Below are positions 1 to 12,071 of a stretch of 64,000 nt of DNA, piece by piece (the first letter of the stretch is position 1; every line of letters begins with the position of its first letter). Source of the stretch: Perkinsus chesapeaki ATCC PRA-425. Its lineage: Eukaryota > Protista > Perkinsozoa. The stretch is from positions 10,564-74,563 of the forward strand of contig JAAPAO010000110.1 in the NCBI GenBank assembly GCA_013115145.1, in the 5' to 3' direction. Below the pieces are notes generated by a model, which saw only the letters and a program-made list of their open reading frames with translations, made no database searches and was not told the DNA's origin. The position numbers and the translations under genes were made by a program.

Positions 1-287
1 ATGTTCGACGCCAAGAATACGCTTATCCCCACAATATGCTAATTTCAAAGAAAAATTACAGAAAATCGCAGCGAGATATAGACGGAATATTTTGTAGAGT
101 TGGCTCAAGATATCCCCTCATCACATGCATCCTAAGCAAAGCCTACTTCAATGCAACTTCCGGTATAATCTGCAAGGCCTGTCCTTCCTTAACAAGCTCC
201 TCCATCCTTTCCTCACTCCCCTGAGCCACTCGTGCTTCAAACCTCTCAGCTGGCAGTATCAAACGATGCAATGCGACAACCTGACTA

Positions 288-962
288 TTATAATATCTTG
301 CACCTTACCATCGCACTTACCTCTGAATGAAGTCCGTCATATACTTTCTCCAAAACCCTCCCTTCATACCACAACGCTGATGCCTCCGCCAGCCCCACCC
401 GCTTCCCTCCACTCACAATCATACCCACAACTTGCCGCCATCTCTCCAGCTCCTCAAGGCCTCTACCAACCCCTCGGACCTCTTCAACTGCCCATTGGTT
501 CCTTCGTAAATTTCTACCATTGAGGACGTTACTAATTCTAGTGCTCTCTTCGAACCAATCCTCTCCTTGTCTCTCCTTAATCGCCATCTCGCCCCCAGTC
601 TTCCGAGCCTCCAACGCGTCCATAACAGCATCAATGTCAGCCTGCAAGAACGGGCCCGCCGACCCTTCAATGAAAAGAGCATCGCAAAGGCCAGCGGCCA
701 AGTCGGTCAATTCAGGCGTCCGATTCTCCTCATCAGCTCTCTTAATCTCCTTCCTATCAGCCGCCAGCTTGGCCTTCTCCCTAGGTGGTAGCACTAACGG
801 CACCACCGCCTGGTAGTTGGCCCCAACTCTACAGGAGTTCTGTGAGCTCCTGTACTGTAGAAATCTCATATTGTGGCTACTCTGCCCAGCATGCTCTGCC
901 GCCTCTATCGAAGTTGTTGATGATGATGAGGTGGATGATGAGGTTGCTGTTGTGGTGGCCAT
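288..962 (-). CDS. ELM2-motif-containing nuclear protein (partial; may continue in further exons toward the window start)
   Basis: ORF contains SCRVGANYQAVVP, resembling the ELM2 signature (I/C)RVGxxYQA. Likely ATG (MATTTATSSS) at 962. Confidence 0.5.
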   Translation of the reverse strand: MATTTATSSSTSSSSTTSIEAAEHAGQSSHNMRFLQYRSSQNSCRVGANYQAVVPLVLPPREKAKLAADRKEIKRADEENRTPELTDLAAGLCDALFIEGSAGPFLQADIDAVMDALEARKTGGEMAIKERQGEDWFEESTRISNVLNGRNLRRNQWAVEEVRGVGRGLEELERWRQVVGMIVSGGKRVGLAEASALWYEGRVLEKVYDGLHSEVSAMVRCKIL

Positions 963-1381
963 GGTAAGGGGTAACCCTATAGTGACATCAATAGAATTAA
1001 CGCATCCACAAATCACTTACTACACAGTATGACCCAAAGCATTCTCTACGGTGAAGGGTAGGTCCACGAAAAGAGACCACAAGATACTAAAGCCGCCCCG
1101 TTGCATCGACTACTCAACTTTATAATGTTAACTCCGCCAGTTTCATTAATGACGCTACGATTAATACTATTTTCCTAGTAGCGAAATGAAATGGTATGGA
1201 ACCCATACCGACTTCTCAAATAAAATACATTTTCAACTGACGTGGACCCTAAAAAAACTATGCAGTCCAACATTTCCGTTACCCATAAACCTTCAGCCAT
1301 ACGAATAGGCTGAGTACCCCCCCCAAGGGTGCTAGTAAACCCAAGTGATAGTACAGCCACTAACACAATCCCTATCAGAGA

Positions 1382-2638
1382 TCACGTTAAATTGCAGAGT
1401 AATCGCCTCAACCAATCATCAGAGCCGCTCTCGTCAGCCAACATTAACGCTGATGCCACTCGGCCCAAGTCAATATGCCTTAAGTTAATCCTATCAGCAT
1501 CCTCCAACAACCTCCCCGTTTCCATACCGCTCCTTTCTCCAATCGCCTTGAATACCTCCTCTACCCTCTCCAGCCTGTCTCCTGCTACCTTAGCCACCAT
1601 TACCCATAGTCTCCCCACCGCAGGTAGCCTGCCCACTATCGTCCTTATCAACGCTGCAGTCACAGATCCCCTCCAGAACACCATCGGGGGGACCGGCAAT
1701 ACCGGAGCCTCTGCCTGCTGTCGATCCAAGAAAACTAGTAGTGCCTTCGTGTGTGGCTCGGGACTCGTATACCTTATCACGACAATATCAATGAACCGCA
1801 CAGGCCCTCCTCTTCGACAAATTCGCACCAGAGCCTCGAGATCCGTATGCCTCGGAAGGTAGAGGACAACTCTATTGAACGGACACGTTGCACTAGTCGC
1901 CCAATCTGTCAGCTGACAACTCGCTGGGTCATACACCTCAGTAGAATAACACTTCTTCCCTCCCCATGGTGGTGACAGGAACATCACCGACTTCTCATTC
2001 CTCGGCTTGCACGCACGCACATCACCCTCCACATATCTTATCCTGCCATCCCCCACACCATACACCCCAGCATTATGCTTGGCAATGTCCAACCTTTGCC
2101 GACTGATATCACAAGCCACGACAGATCCTCCTTTCCTTCCCCGATTCAGCGCGAACTGTACCACATTTCCCCCCACTCCCGCGCAGCCGTCCACCACTTC
2201 CGTCCCCGGATACCGTCGATAAATCTCATCAGCAGTGAAACGTGCGATGTTTTCCGGGGTCACCTCGAACCAGGCGGCCTCATCCATCTCGATCCCCTCA
2301 TCGAACCGACTCCAAATAATATACCGCCGCTTCCAATCTTCTCTCGAAATCCCTTCCGGTCGGCTCGCCTTTGCTTCACCAGCTGCTCGCCTAGGCCGTC
2401 CACACGTACGGGGATCGAACTCCTTCGGCGTTAACATCACTAAGGTATCATCAACAACAACATAACGATGCTGATCGCCGTAGAGGACACCTTCTTCAAT
2501 ATAACCTAAAGCTGTCCTGGTCGATGAGCGCCCAACCATACGATGTGATCTGATTGGTAAAGAGGAATGTACCATACATAAAATGAAGCTACATGAACAG
2601 GACTGGACAAGGAGTTCAAACCGCGATATGAAAAACAT
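1382..2638 (-). CDS. TGS1: Trimethylguanosine synthase (RNA cap hypermethylase) with a C-terminal extension
   Basis: KRRYIIWSRFDEGIEMDEAAWFEVTPENIA, SAM-binding VVDGCAGVGGN and FLSPPWGG motifs typical of TGS1. 5' end uncertain. Confidence 0.88.
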   Translation of the reverse strand: MFFISRFELLVQSCSCSFILCMVHSSLPIRSHRMVGRSSTRTALGYIEEGVLYGDQHRYVVVDDTLVMLTPKEFDPRTCGRPRRAAGEAKASRPEGISREDWKRRYIIWSRFDEGIEMDEAAWFEVTPENIARFTADEIYRRYPGTEVVDGCAGVGGNVVQFALNRGRKGGSVVACDISRQRLDIAKHNAGVYGVGDGRIRYVEGDVRACKPRNEKSVMFLSPPWGGKKCYSTEVYDPASCQLTDWATSATCPFNRVVLYLPRHTDLEALVRICRRGGPVRFIDIVVIRYTSPEPHTKALLVFLDRQQAEAPVLPVPPMVFWRGSVTAALIRTIVGRLPAVGRLWVMVAKVAGDRLERVEEVFKAIGERSGMETGRLLEDADRINLRHIDLGRVASALMLADESGSDDWLRRLLCNLT

Positions 2639-5328
2639 AATCTCACATCGTCAATTACGCCTCCAATGGATGCTGAGGTATTATAGTATATGAGATATAC
2701 TGTTGAAGATGATCAGACATCATTATACTACCACCAGGCCTTCTCGAAGAAGGGCCTATTGATGTGAGAGTATTTGTGTTGAGAGTATTTCCCTATCATA
2801 CAGTAGAAATGACTGGTACCATTTCTATCAGCTGGATGGGTATGACACCATACGAGGAGCTTGCCATTTTTTCAATGCACCACCCTCCATCACCTACCCC
2901 CCCATATTGGTATTACTATTAATTATAGAATATATAATAACAATGCCAAATATGACCTTTCCTCACAAGAGTATATCTTAATAACACTATATAATGATAG
3001 ACCTGCGGCCGTCGAAGAATTCATATCAAACCTCACGTATCCTCTATCAATTCCTATCCTTCCTAAGATCATCGCTTGTACATTCACTGGCGACTTACTC
3101 GCTTATACACATCATCATAATGTTAATTAATTTATAATAAGCCCGGCGGTTCAACTTCGTCACCGAAGAAGAAGAAGAAGCACCACAAATGACCCAGAAA
3201 CGTCTCGCAGACGATTCTAATTTTCCACGGCGGCGGAGCGAAGCAAATAGTACACCACATCCACTTGGCCACTTTTGTCCCCCTTAATGGCCATCCATAC
3301 CAATGCTTACCCATTGGATCTATTATAACCGACAGAAATCCTTATAATAGGGCATTATTACAGTGGATATAATACTTATTACTATTATTACTACTATTAT
3401 ACCTATTATAAGGCATTATTATAACATTTTTCTATTATAAGACCCTCATAGTACTCCAACAAAATAATAAAATTAGCACACCTACGTTGCCTACCCTTCA
3501 CCAGCAATCACCGTCATAACAGTACTAAACCATTTTAACCAACCAACCATTTCGACCCGTTTAAAGTTCCCACAATAATATTTCTCAATCCGGTATGTAT
3601 AGGACTATAACGCAACAACAACACCAACTGTGATGTTATCTTGATAAGACGTAATACTACTAAGTAGATATGTGTACGTTGTTATTAGCAGACTGATGAC
3701 ACAGGTTCAATTCCCACCCCCTCCAATTTGAATAACATTTGAATCTTCCACCGAGGAGGCATCATCCATCTCTTGTATACCATAACCACTCTCCTCAGAT
3801 GAATCACAAACCACATAACCCTCCACGATGCCCTAAAATGACCACCAAACCCTGTAAGCCTTTCGCACTGCTAACATCCTTTCAATCGCAATAATAATAT
3901 TAATTGCTATCAATGGTAATACTTTCAACGTTTTCCGAGTGTTGCTCTGTAAAGCAGCAAGAGAGAATGCAAAGATCTTCCTTCAACGCCCAGTTGCATT
4001 TCACCAAAAATACCTCCACCGGAACTATAATTATAATAACCGATTCCGCGTGTTGAAGAGGTTAGTATTGGCTTTGTAGTGGTATCGAAATAGCGAGTGG
4101 GAGGCTTAAGATACTACTAAGGTGGGGCAACTATACATTATAAAAATATGACATAATAATGTATCACTAACACACGGGATTGTCTCACGCTCCACCTTCC
4201 CCTCTGGCCCACCTCATCGACATCCCCTCGGAGTAATGGTTGATGAGCTGCCACTTTATTAAACCATTTCATATCAGATGCCGCCAATTGACCAATAACA
4301 TGGTCGCGTATGGCAAACTGAACGAGGATGAGGCTACTAGTAAATATATTATATAAATGCTAATATTACTACACTCTCAAGGATAAAAAGTCATTGATTA
4401 TATTATATACAATTTTCCATCACGACCAACTTAGTTCGTAAATTACCTCCTCTTCTCTTTAACGATATTATTATCTCCCCCTTCTCAACCTACGTTACGT
4501 TCCTATCTGCTATACTAGGAAAAGTTTTATTATGTATCACGCTTCAGCAAACAATTCAGAGGGAAGCCTCAATTTAATTTTCCCGCTCCTTCCCTCCCCA
4601 AGGGCACCTAATGTGAGGAAGTACCATGGCTGGCTACATCTGCAGTCGAGCTTGAGGAGTTACGGGAATTACCAAACACCCAAAGACACGCTTATTGACC
4701 CCAAGTCCCATATAAATTGGTGAGGAGACCCAGCTCACTCACAAGTCCAAAACGGTTGAGGAAGCCGCCGACCAACTATTCCCGCACTTGTCCGAATACT
4801 GGCTATGATCTCCCCCAGATACATTTACTTACCCGTATAGCTTGGATAGTTCCACAAATCTGCCCTCGTATCCGCACACTCCGGAAGCCCCACTCTATCT
4901 CATTCCAGCTCAATCCAGTGAATCCGTCATCATCACTCGGTAACCACATAAATCGAGGCTCTTCTCCCTGAACATAAATTGTTTAACCGTGTAAGTGGAC
5001 CATCCGCTACATACACACTTAACCCGATCGCAGGGGTGTGTCTGAAGACCGTATCAAACCAATGTGAACTAGTCACGAAGGCCTACGGAATCTACTACTG
5101 CCATCTCTGAAATTCAGAACACTACCAGTTACCGGTAGTACTCAGGATGTATACAATAGTTCCCTAATAACACCATGAAGTGATAATACAACTAACTCGC
5201 ACAATAGAGACGGTATCAAGTAAGTTGCACGGTAATGAGCAGTAAGGTTAATATCTCAATAGTGCCCCCCCAGTATCCACTACCTCTGCGCTGGGATCCT
5301 CCATTCTCAAAATAAACTGTAAGCCATC

Positions 5329-5853
5329 ATGCATATGAAAGTACATATCCTCCCTATACAGTCTGCTATACCCCTAATAACAACAATAATAATACTTCTC
5401 ATACCGCTCTCTCCGCAACTTACCTCGAAATCGGTGCCGACTCTCTCTGACATCTGTATAACATACAGGGGTGAATACTCAAGCCAGATATGTTCCGAGT
5501 CGATGTCTCCTTTATATGGCCGCAAAAACCTCAGCTTTGGATCCTCGTCTAAACCACGTCTTCCCAGCGAAGGCGACGAAAACCCGAAACCCGAAAACCC
5601 GAATGACCTTATTCCTCCACCTCACCTTGGCATCGAAGCAGCTCTATCACAGTCTCGTTCACCAACGGTGACCCCTCTCCAACAAGGGGCTCGACAGATA
5701 CAATCTACCACTAGAAATACTACACCACAGCAGGAACGTCTCACCGTAAATGCCAGAGTAGGCCGATCAGATCTCCTAGGCCGGAAACGACTGGTAATAC
5801 CGTTGCGGTCGATCTTGAGGAAATGCGTCACGGGAGAGAGCAGGTCGACCTGA
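5329..5853 (+). CDS. Hypothetical protein exon(s)
   Basis: 174-aa ORF with a hydrophobic N-terminal stretch; no recognisable motif. Confidence 0.25.
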   Translation: MHMKVHILPIQSAIPLITTIIILLIPLSPQLTSKSVPTLSDICITYRGEYSSQICSESMSPLYGRKNLSFGSSSKPRLPSEGDENPKPENPNDLIPPPHLGIEAALSQSRSPTVTPLQQGARQIQSTTRNTTPQQERLTVNARVGRSDLLGRKRLVIPLRSILRKCVTGESRST

Positions 5854-6588
5854 CCAGAAAGATTCCTTTTATCAACCTCAATCTATTACTACCTCAATAA
5901 CAACCCTAAGTCCATTGAAATCCACAGGAGTGTCGCTCGCATCGAATTGCCCACTGTGAATGACCGCTGCCACCAGATCACTGTCCGCAGTATAAGATAC
6001 TTGCGTCTAAGATAATAGAATGTACTAGCTCCCGCCAGGCCAACCTACACTGTCCAGATCCTTCCCAGGCACTGTGATATACCTATCCTTCGCCCGAGGC
6101 GATGATGGCCCAGTAGCACGCTGTTTCTGAGGAGAGAGCGGTATGAGAACCTCACATACGTACCCTTCCCATCATAAATACCCGACGAATGCCACTAGTT
6201 TTAAAGACGAGCAGCACGACACTGCACATCAGCGCAACCGATCATACAAATAAAATGCACTCAGCAGTACTAAGAATCCCTGTACTAATCCACTACATAT
6301 ATTCTGAATTCTCATCGACGACCAAAGCCAAGTTGTCTCCTCCTAATAGGACACCGCCCAGTAGACCTTATAAAAAGTAATACGGCCGATTTTGAGAATC
6401 CTATCTACGCCACCTTCCCTTGTATATGTTATCTCCCTCTGGCAACAACGAACCCCCTATAGCTCACCTTGGTGCTCGAGAGCAGTCTCGACCTCCGAGA
6501 CGAGTTACAGCAACACCAGAGCCTTTGTGCCCTCAACAACGGGTTGTGTGCTAATAGATCACCAGATGTAATACGGACATCTATTGCC

Positions 6589-6688
6589 NNNNNNNNNNNN
6601 NNNNNNNNNNNNNNNNNNNNNNNNNNNNNNNNNNNNNNNNNNNNNNNNNNNNNNNNNNNNNNNNNNNNNNNNNNNNNNNNNNNNNNNN
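6589..6688. other. Scaffold gap (100 N)
   Basis: Run of 100 n characters. Confidence 1.
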
Positions 6689-6689
6689 T

Positions 6690-6930
6690 AAATGATACAC
6701 ACCTATATACTGTAATAAAGCCTATATGATACACACCTATATACTGTAATAAAGCCTATATAATACACACCTATACACTGTAATAAAGCCTATATGATAC
6801 ACACCTATATACTGTAATAAAGCCTAAATGATACACACCTATATACTGTAATAAAGCCTATATGATACACACCTATATACTGTAATAAAGCCTATATGAT
6901 ACACACCTATATACTGTAATAAACCCTATA
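6690..6930. repeat. Minisatellite, 34-bp unit ATGATACACACCTATATACTGTAATAAAGCCTAT, about 7 copies, abutting the gap
   Basis: Head-to-tail near-identical units with no spacers. Confidence 0.95.
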
Positions 6931-8275
6931 TTAAGAACCCCTCGTATACATCTGTCTTCTAGACCCTATATTGAGGTGCGTTACTAAGTGTAAAGAATAT
7001 CTCAAATCTTGAACAATCCCCCTATACCGATAGTTGGTTATAAGCACTGCAGATGACATTAAAACACAGTCGAACATAATGTTATAACATACCCACGAAT
7101 TTGGGACTTTGATTCCTCCCATATTCCCAGTCGCTCTAGTAGCTCGCCTGCAATTAGCCTCTGTAAGGGAAAATCAAATATAAAAGTCGAGGCACTCCGA
7201 GGCACAAATCGCCCGCCTTAATCGGATCTATATATCCCATATAGAAGAACCCTTCCTTCCCTCCTTCCTATAGTACCCTTCCAACGTCATCCCTAGTAAT
7301 CGGTAGCCCTCTACAGATAGGTTGATATATCATAGCCTTAGTAATCACTGCTGGATGATCCGACCGTCGACGACGCTTGCTCTTGGGCTCAGTATAGCGC
7401 ACTGGCTCTGTGGATTCAGCTTCACTTGAACTGGTCTGAAGGGGAACAATTCATACCATATTTCCGCCAACTCTCAAGCTCAGTATATTCGGCAGAACCG
7501 AGAAGTTCCCATTAGGTCCGTGTCTATATCATATTCCACAGGTCCATTGTAAACCTCTATTTGCGAGTAGAGCAGCCGACATTTGTGTCTCTTTTAACGT
7601 TAAAAATACACCACAGACAAGCCTCAGTTTCCTAATTCCTTTATTCCCTAAGCGAACTCCCCTTCATTCTCCCATTAATTATTTCATACCATATTTCCTT
7701 CATATTATTACCTCACTACTAGCTGGTGGAGGTGAGCTAGCATCCCTACCAAGCATCTCTTCATCTGATGAGTTCTCAGGTGACGACACCTATGCCAGAA
7801 CTCATACCGACATTTCCTATTCATTACCTCTGCTGACCTATACCGCATATTCAATAACTCAATGGTTTTAATCACTAACACCGGCGCGCGCCACGAAACA
7901 GCACCCGCCCAGCGCGGCCTTCATTTTGCGCTCTTCTACTTGCTGCCTTGTCAACAACCATATTAAAGGACATTCAATGCTCCAACAGACCTCATTATAT
8001 CCCTTAAGGTCGGAGCTAGCGATCAACAGCTGACTCCATGGGAAAACTCCTACTTCCGATGTCCATTGAATGTTTTTGAAAACGAAGGGAAGAACGAAGG
8101 GAATGCTGTCTGACTGGGAGGGCGAGTGAAGGGATTCAGAGACCTAAGGAGATGACCAATATGTAAATTACCGTAGATTCCAATGCCCATTCCTCGGGTA
8201 TCTTAAGTTGCACCGTGCACGATCCACACGTGCTCAGGAACACAAGCTCTCTACGATATCCTTGACCAGTTTCTT

Positions 8276-9357
8276 ATGATTCCCTTTCGACCCTTTATTC
8301 GGTCATCAGACCTTCTACGTAGTACAAGCAGTATCCTAAGTCGACGGTGCCATAGTACACCAGCCTTCCGAGGATTCTCATCAGAGGCAATTACCAAAAA
8401 GGAAGGGGATAATAATAAAGGGGAACCGCAGAGTAAATGGAAGGCTCCTCTGGCATTTGGTAATAATCTGACGGAAATACGGTATGATTCGGTAAAAATA
8501 CCACCTATTCGGCCGCTTTAAATCAGTGTTGGAATATCTGTTACCATTCCTCAGCTCAGCCACTTAACATCACTCATGCGAAGGGGCAGATATCGTCCTA
8601 AATTATGTGCAATTTTCACTGAAGTCTTCACTTCCTGCAGTATGCCTATTTTCCCTCTCTGTCCTCAAATGTGGCCCAACTACTAGACGAGCCTATTTCA
8701 AAGTGCAGCAGTATTTCAGTATTTCAAAGTCTACATGCACCTTTTTCGCTATTAATTTGATCAGGTGCTGCATTAGGCCTTGGTCTTGCCGGTCTGATAG
8801 CCTACGACCCTCAAGTGCTGGATCAAATCAAACAGGCTATGTCCAACGACCATCTAGAGAACCCTGGTGACAAGGCATTTACCACATTAGAAAAGAAGGA
8901 TCGAGACGAACTCAAATTCGTTGGAAAAATGATACCCAAAATGGGCGAGGAGCAATTCGATACGACTGATAATATTATACTAGTGGTGGGTTTAGCGGGA
9001 AAACCGCTCCAATGCCTTCTTCTTTCTTCTTATCGATCTCACTCTCAGACGTTCAATAGCGAACAACAGCGCCGGGAGAATCTTTTGCAGCTCGGCAGTT
9101 TCATCCGAGACCTTCGGGATATTGCGATAGCCAAAAGAGTCGCAGAAAAAGCAAGCAATTTGGAAAATGTAATAATGTCGCAAGTCGTTGATGCAGTATT
9201 GGACCAGACACACTTTTACTATGCCATAGCGCCAGGAGCGTCTAAGGATGATAAGCTGGATTTAATATTGTATAAAGGGCAGAGAAGGCAGAAGGTTACC
9301 ATAGGAGGGTCGGAGAGAGCCGACTCGGAGAAGGCTGTGGATGAGATGGAAAAGTAA
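8276..9357 (+). CDS. Hypothetical multi-exon protein with a putative mitochondrial presequence
   Basis: R/S-rich, acid-poor N-terminus (MIPFRPFIRSSDLLRSTSSILSRRCHS); downstream 180-aa ORF ending DEMEK*; GT-AG introns between. Confidence 0.4.
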
Positions 9358-12071
9358 TAATATATAGGGGAAGGGTTTATACAACTTTATCTGGTTTGAA
9401 AACAAAAGTAACCAACTTTCATTTGATACTGAAGAGCGTATTGGAATGTTTATTATTGTTAATTATCTAATATAACCGGTTTTACCACAATAAACACAGT
9501 GAGTGGCTGTAACAGTAATTAATTGAATATTAAAGCATATATTGAAACTTGGTTATTAATAGTATGTATAGTCTTGAATTCTCCATAGTCTTTATTACTG
9601 GTGCCAACGGGGAGTCACTTTTGGGTTTTGATTTATTTGTGAAGTTCCGGAATCTTGCTTGAGATGAAGTCGATGCTGTTAGGTTCTTCGAGCCAATGTG
9701 TCGACCGTTGGAGGATCTGCCAAAGTATCCGGAGGAAACACCAGTTGAGGAGGTTAGCGCTCTCAATTTCTATGACAGAGTTATTGCAGCAGCTAGACCG
9801 GAAATGGCCATTTTGCTGCAAATGTAGTAGGGGATCTGAGCTATTTTGTATCTTGCACGGTTGAAGGTAGGATATTTCAGGTATGAGGATACATGTTTCC
9901 TATGCTTCCTTATGAGACCGTTTATCAATCAACTCGAGGATACCTTCCGTCGCGCTCATCTGCCCATCACCATAAAGCGCCTCAACATCGAAAAGAATGA
10001 CTTTCCTCTCGGGTAGGTCATGGGCCGGAATGCGCCTCGCGCAAAGTGTCATCCAGATGCCCTGTCGCCAGAGGCACCCCAACCTTCGTACTCTATCGTG
10101 GATACTCTCCCAAACCTGAAAAGCTGGTAGTAGTCTGGTTGGGGAGGCTCGAATGTGATGGGATCTCCTCAGGCTGAGTTCAGACCGCGGGACATAGTTG
10201 ATAGGATAAGGACTGACTTACTGCATGAGCATCCTGGTATAACATTATCGGAACATTTACTTAAGAAATGGGAGGGTATGGTTAACCAGGTCTCACAGAG
10301 GTAGGGAAGGAATAACTAGAAAAATAATAGCAATATTTTTGCGCGGCAAAAAGCACGTTGGGGAAAATCCAAACGGCCTGTAAAGAGGAGGATGTGCTCT
10401 TTCCACAAAGCCGCGTTGTTGGCCAAGTATTATTAGTATTGAGAGAGTATCCTATCTGACTATCTGAAGGCAGAAATCAGCCAGGATAAGGGCCATTCAT
10501 CGGGCTTTTGTTATTTCTCATACCGTACTTTCCACAAATATCAAAGAGCTATCCCTACCTACAGTGGAGATGAGTTCTACCTTTCACACGATTAGGTTCC
10601 AGCTCCTGTCACAACTTATAATGTGGAATACCGAACTAGAGAAGTCTCAAATGGTGTTGGCTGGCGTCAGCAGTTCCTCTCCAGAAGCTGTACGTCTCTA
10701 TAACGCGGATGTGTAATGTTAAGGTTAGGTTAAAGCGATCGACAAGTACTTGGTCATGGCTAGCTCTGGCGATGATAAGGAGCTTTTCACCACTGTGGTA
10801 TGGTAGAATGTTAGGCTGTTTGAGGGAAGTGTGGTATGAGCAGGTATCGGAAATAATGACGGCTGATATGCAGCGAACAGATCTTCTGGACGAGAATATC
10901 AAATACCTCAACAAGGAGGTAAAGAGCTTCTACAGCACTTCGTTGGTAGGCCACTTGGATGATAGGTGATGAACGCCGAAATGGACGCGCTAGTGATGGC
11001 CGAAATGATGGCAGAAAATGTTATTCAACTCGAGGAGGAAAAAGGGAAGGCCTCTGAACGAATTGCCTAGTTTCTGTCACTGCTGCTGGTTTTGGGTTGC
11101 TGAAGTCTTCCTGTGTGGAGAGAATGGCCACATTGGCAAGCCGTACAACAACGATTAAAGCTACAGTCGAGTGCTAAAACGTGCATACAACTAAGCCTTT
11201 GGCAAATTAAGGTGCAGCAGACAGTTATCGGCATAATCTGGCGCGGCCTTAGACATCCAGGTCATCACGGAAGAGGAAAGTGCCGCAGCTCTACATTTAG
11301 ATAATGTGAATCACAACGATCGCAACTCACTGAATGCAACTCAAGCCGACGTGTCGTTCGCATTTTGTATGATCACAGTGCAACAGCAGTTATTGGCTGC
11401 TGCTGTTCATACCGGCCATCGCTTGGACCTTCATCTCCATGTGTAATGTTCTCTATGATACCAATGGTATAATACCATATTTGCATGTTTATAATTGCAT
11501 TACTGGGGAGACTTAGTGTTGGAATCGTCTCCATGTAACGGTAGTACTACGTCTAGCGTTAAGAACTCGAAACGGATAAAGCAGTGAGACTTTTCCCCTA
11601 TTCATTTGTTGTTTCTATCAGAAGACATTATTTAGTTATAAATCGATATGACATGGACAAAGACCTCATAATATGATAACAAGTAGTAGTAGTAGTGGAG
11701 TGTTATACCATAACTTCTTTGCTGGTGGTGCTTGAACTAATGGTGGTGGTGACACTTATTGCCGGGGGAATGGCCTCCGTTGGAGCTCCTTTGCTGCGAC
11801 TCTGAGTCAAACACTACTAGTATGAATAAGAATATAAAATATAATTGCGAACGTTTGCCTATATGGACATCCTTCCCCGGGAAAATGGTTTTACCAACGC
11901 GCTTGATAGGAACGGAATCTAGACCAGCTACATGTTGAAGCATGCACAAGCGCACCAATACCACTAGCGATTTGGGGACTAAGCCACTTACATGCAGGAG
12001 AGGTTAATGAGAACACTACTACCGATTGTACAGACTTTAGAGTAAATTTAGTAAATTCAACTTACTGCGCA

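Noticed and set aside
6690-6930. CRISPR-like array
   Set aside because: Units are contiguous with no unique spacers and the context is eukaryotic; it is a minisatellite.
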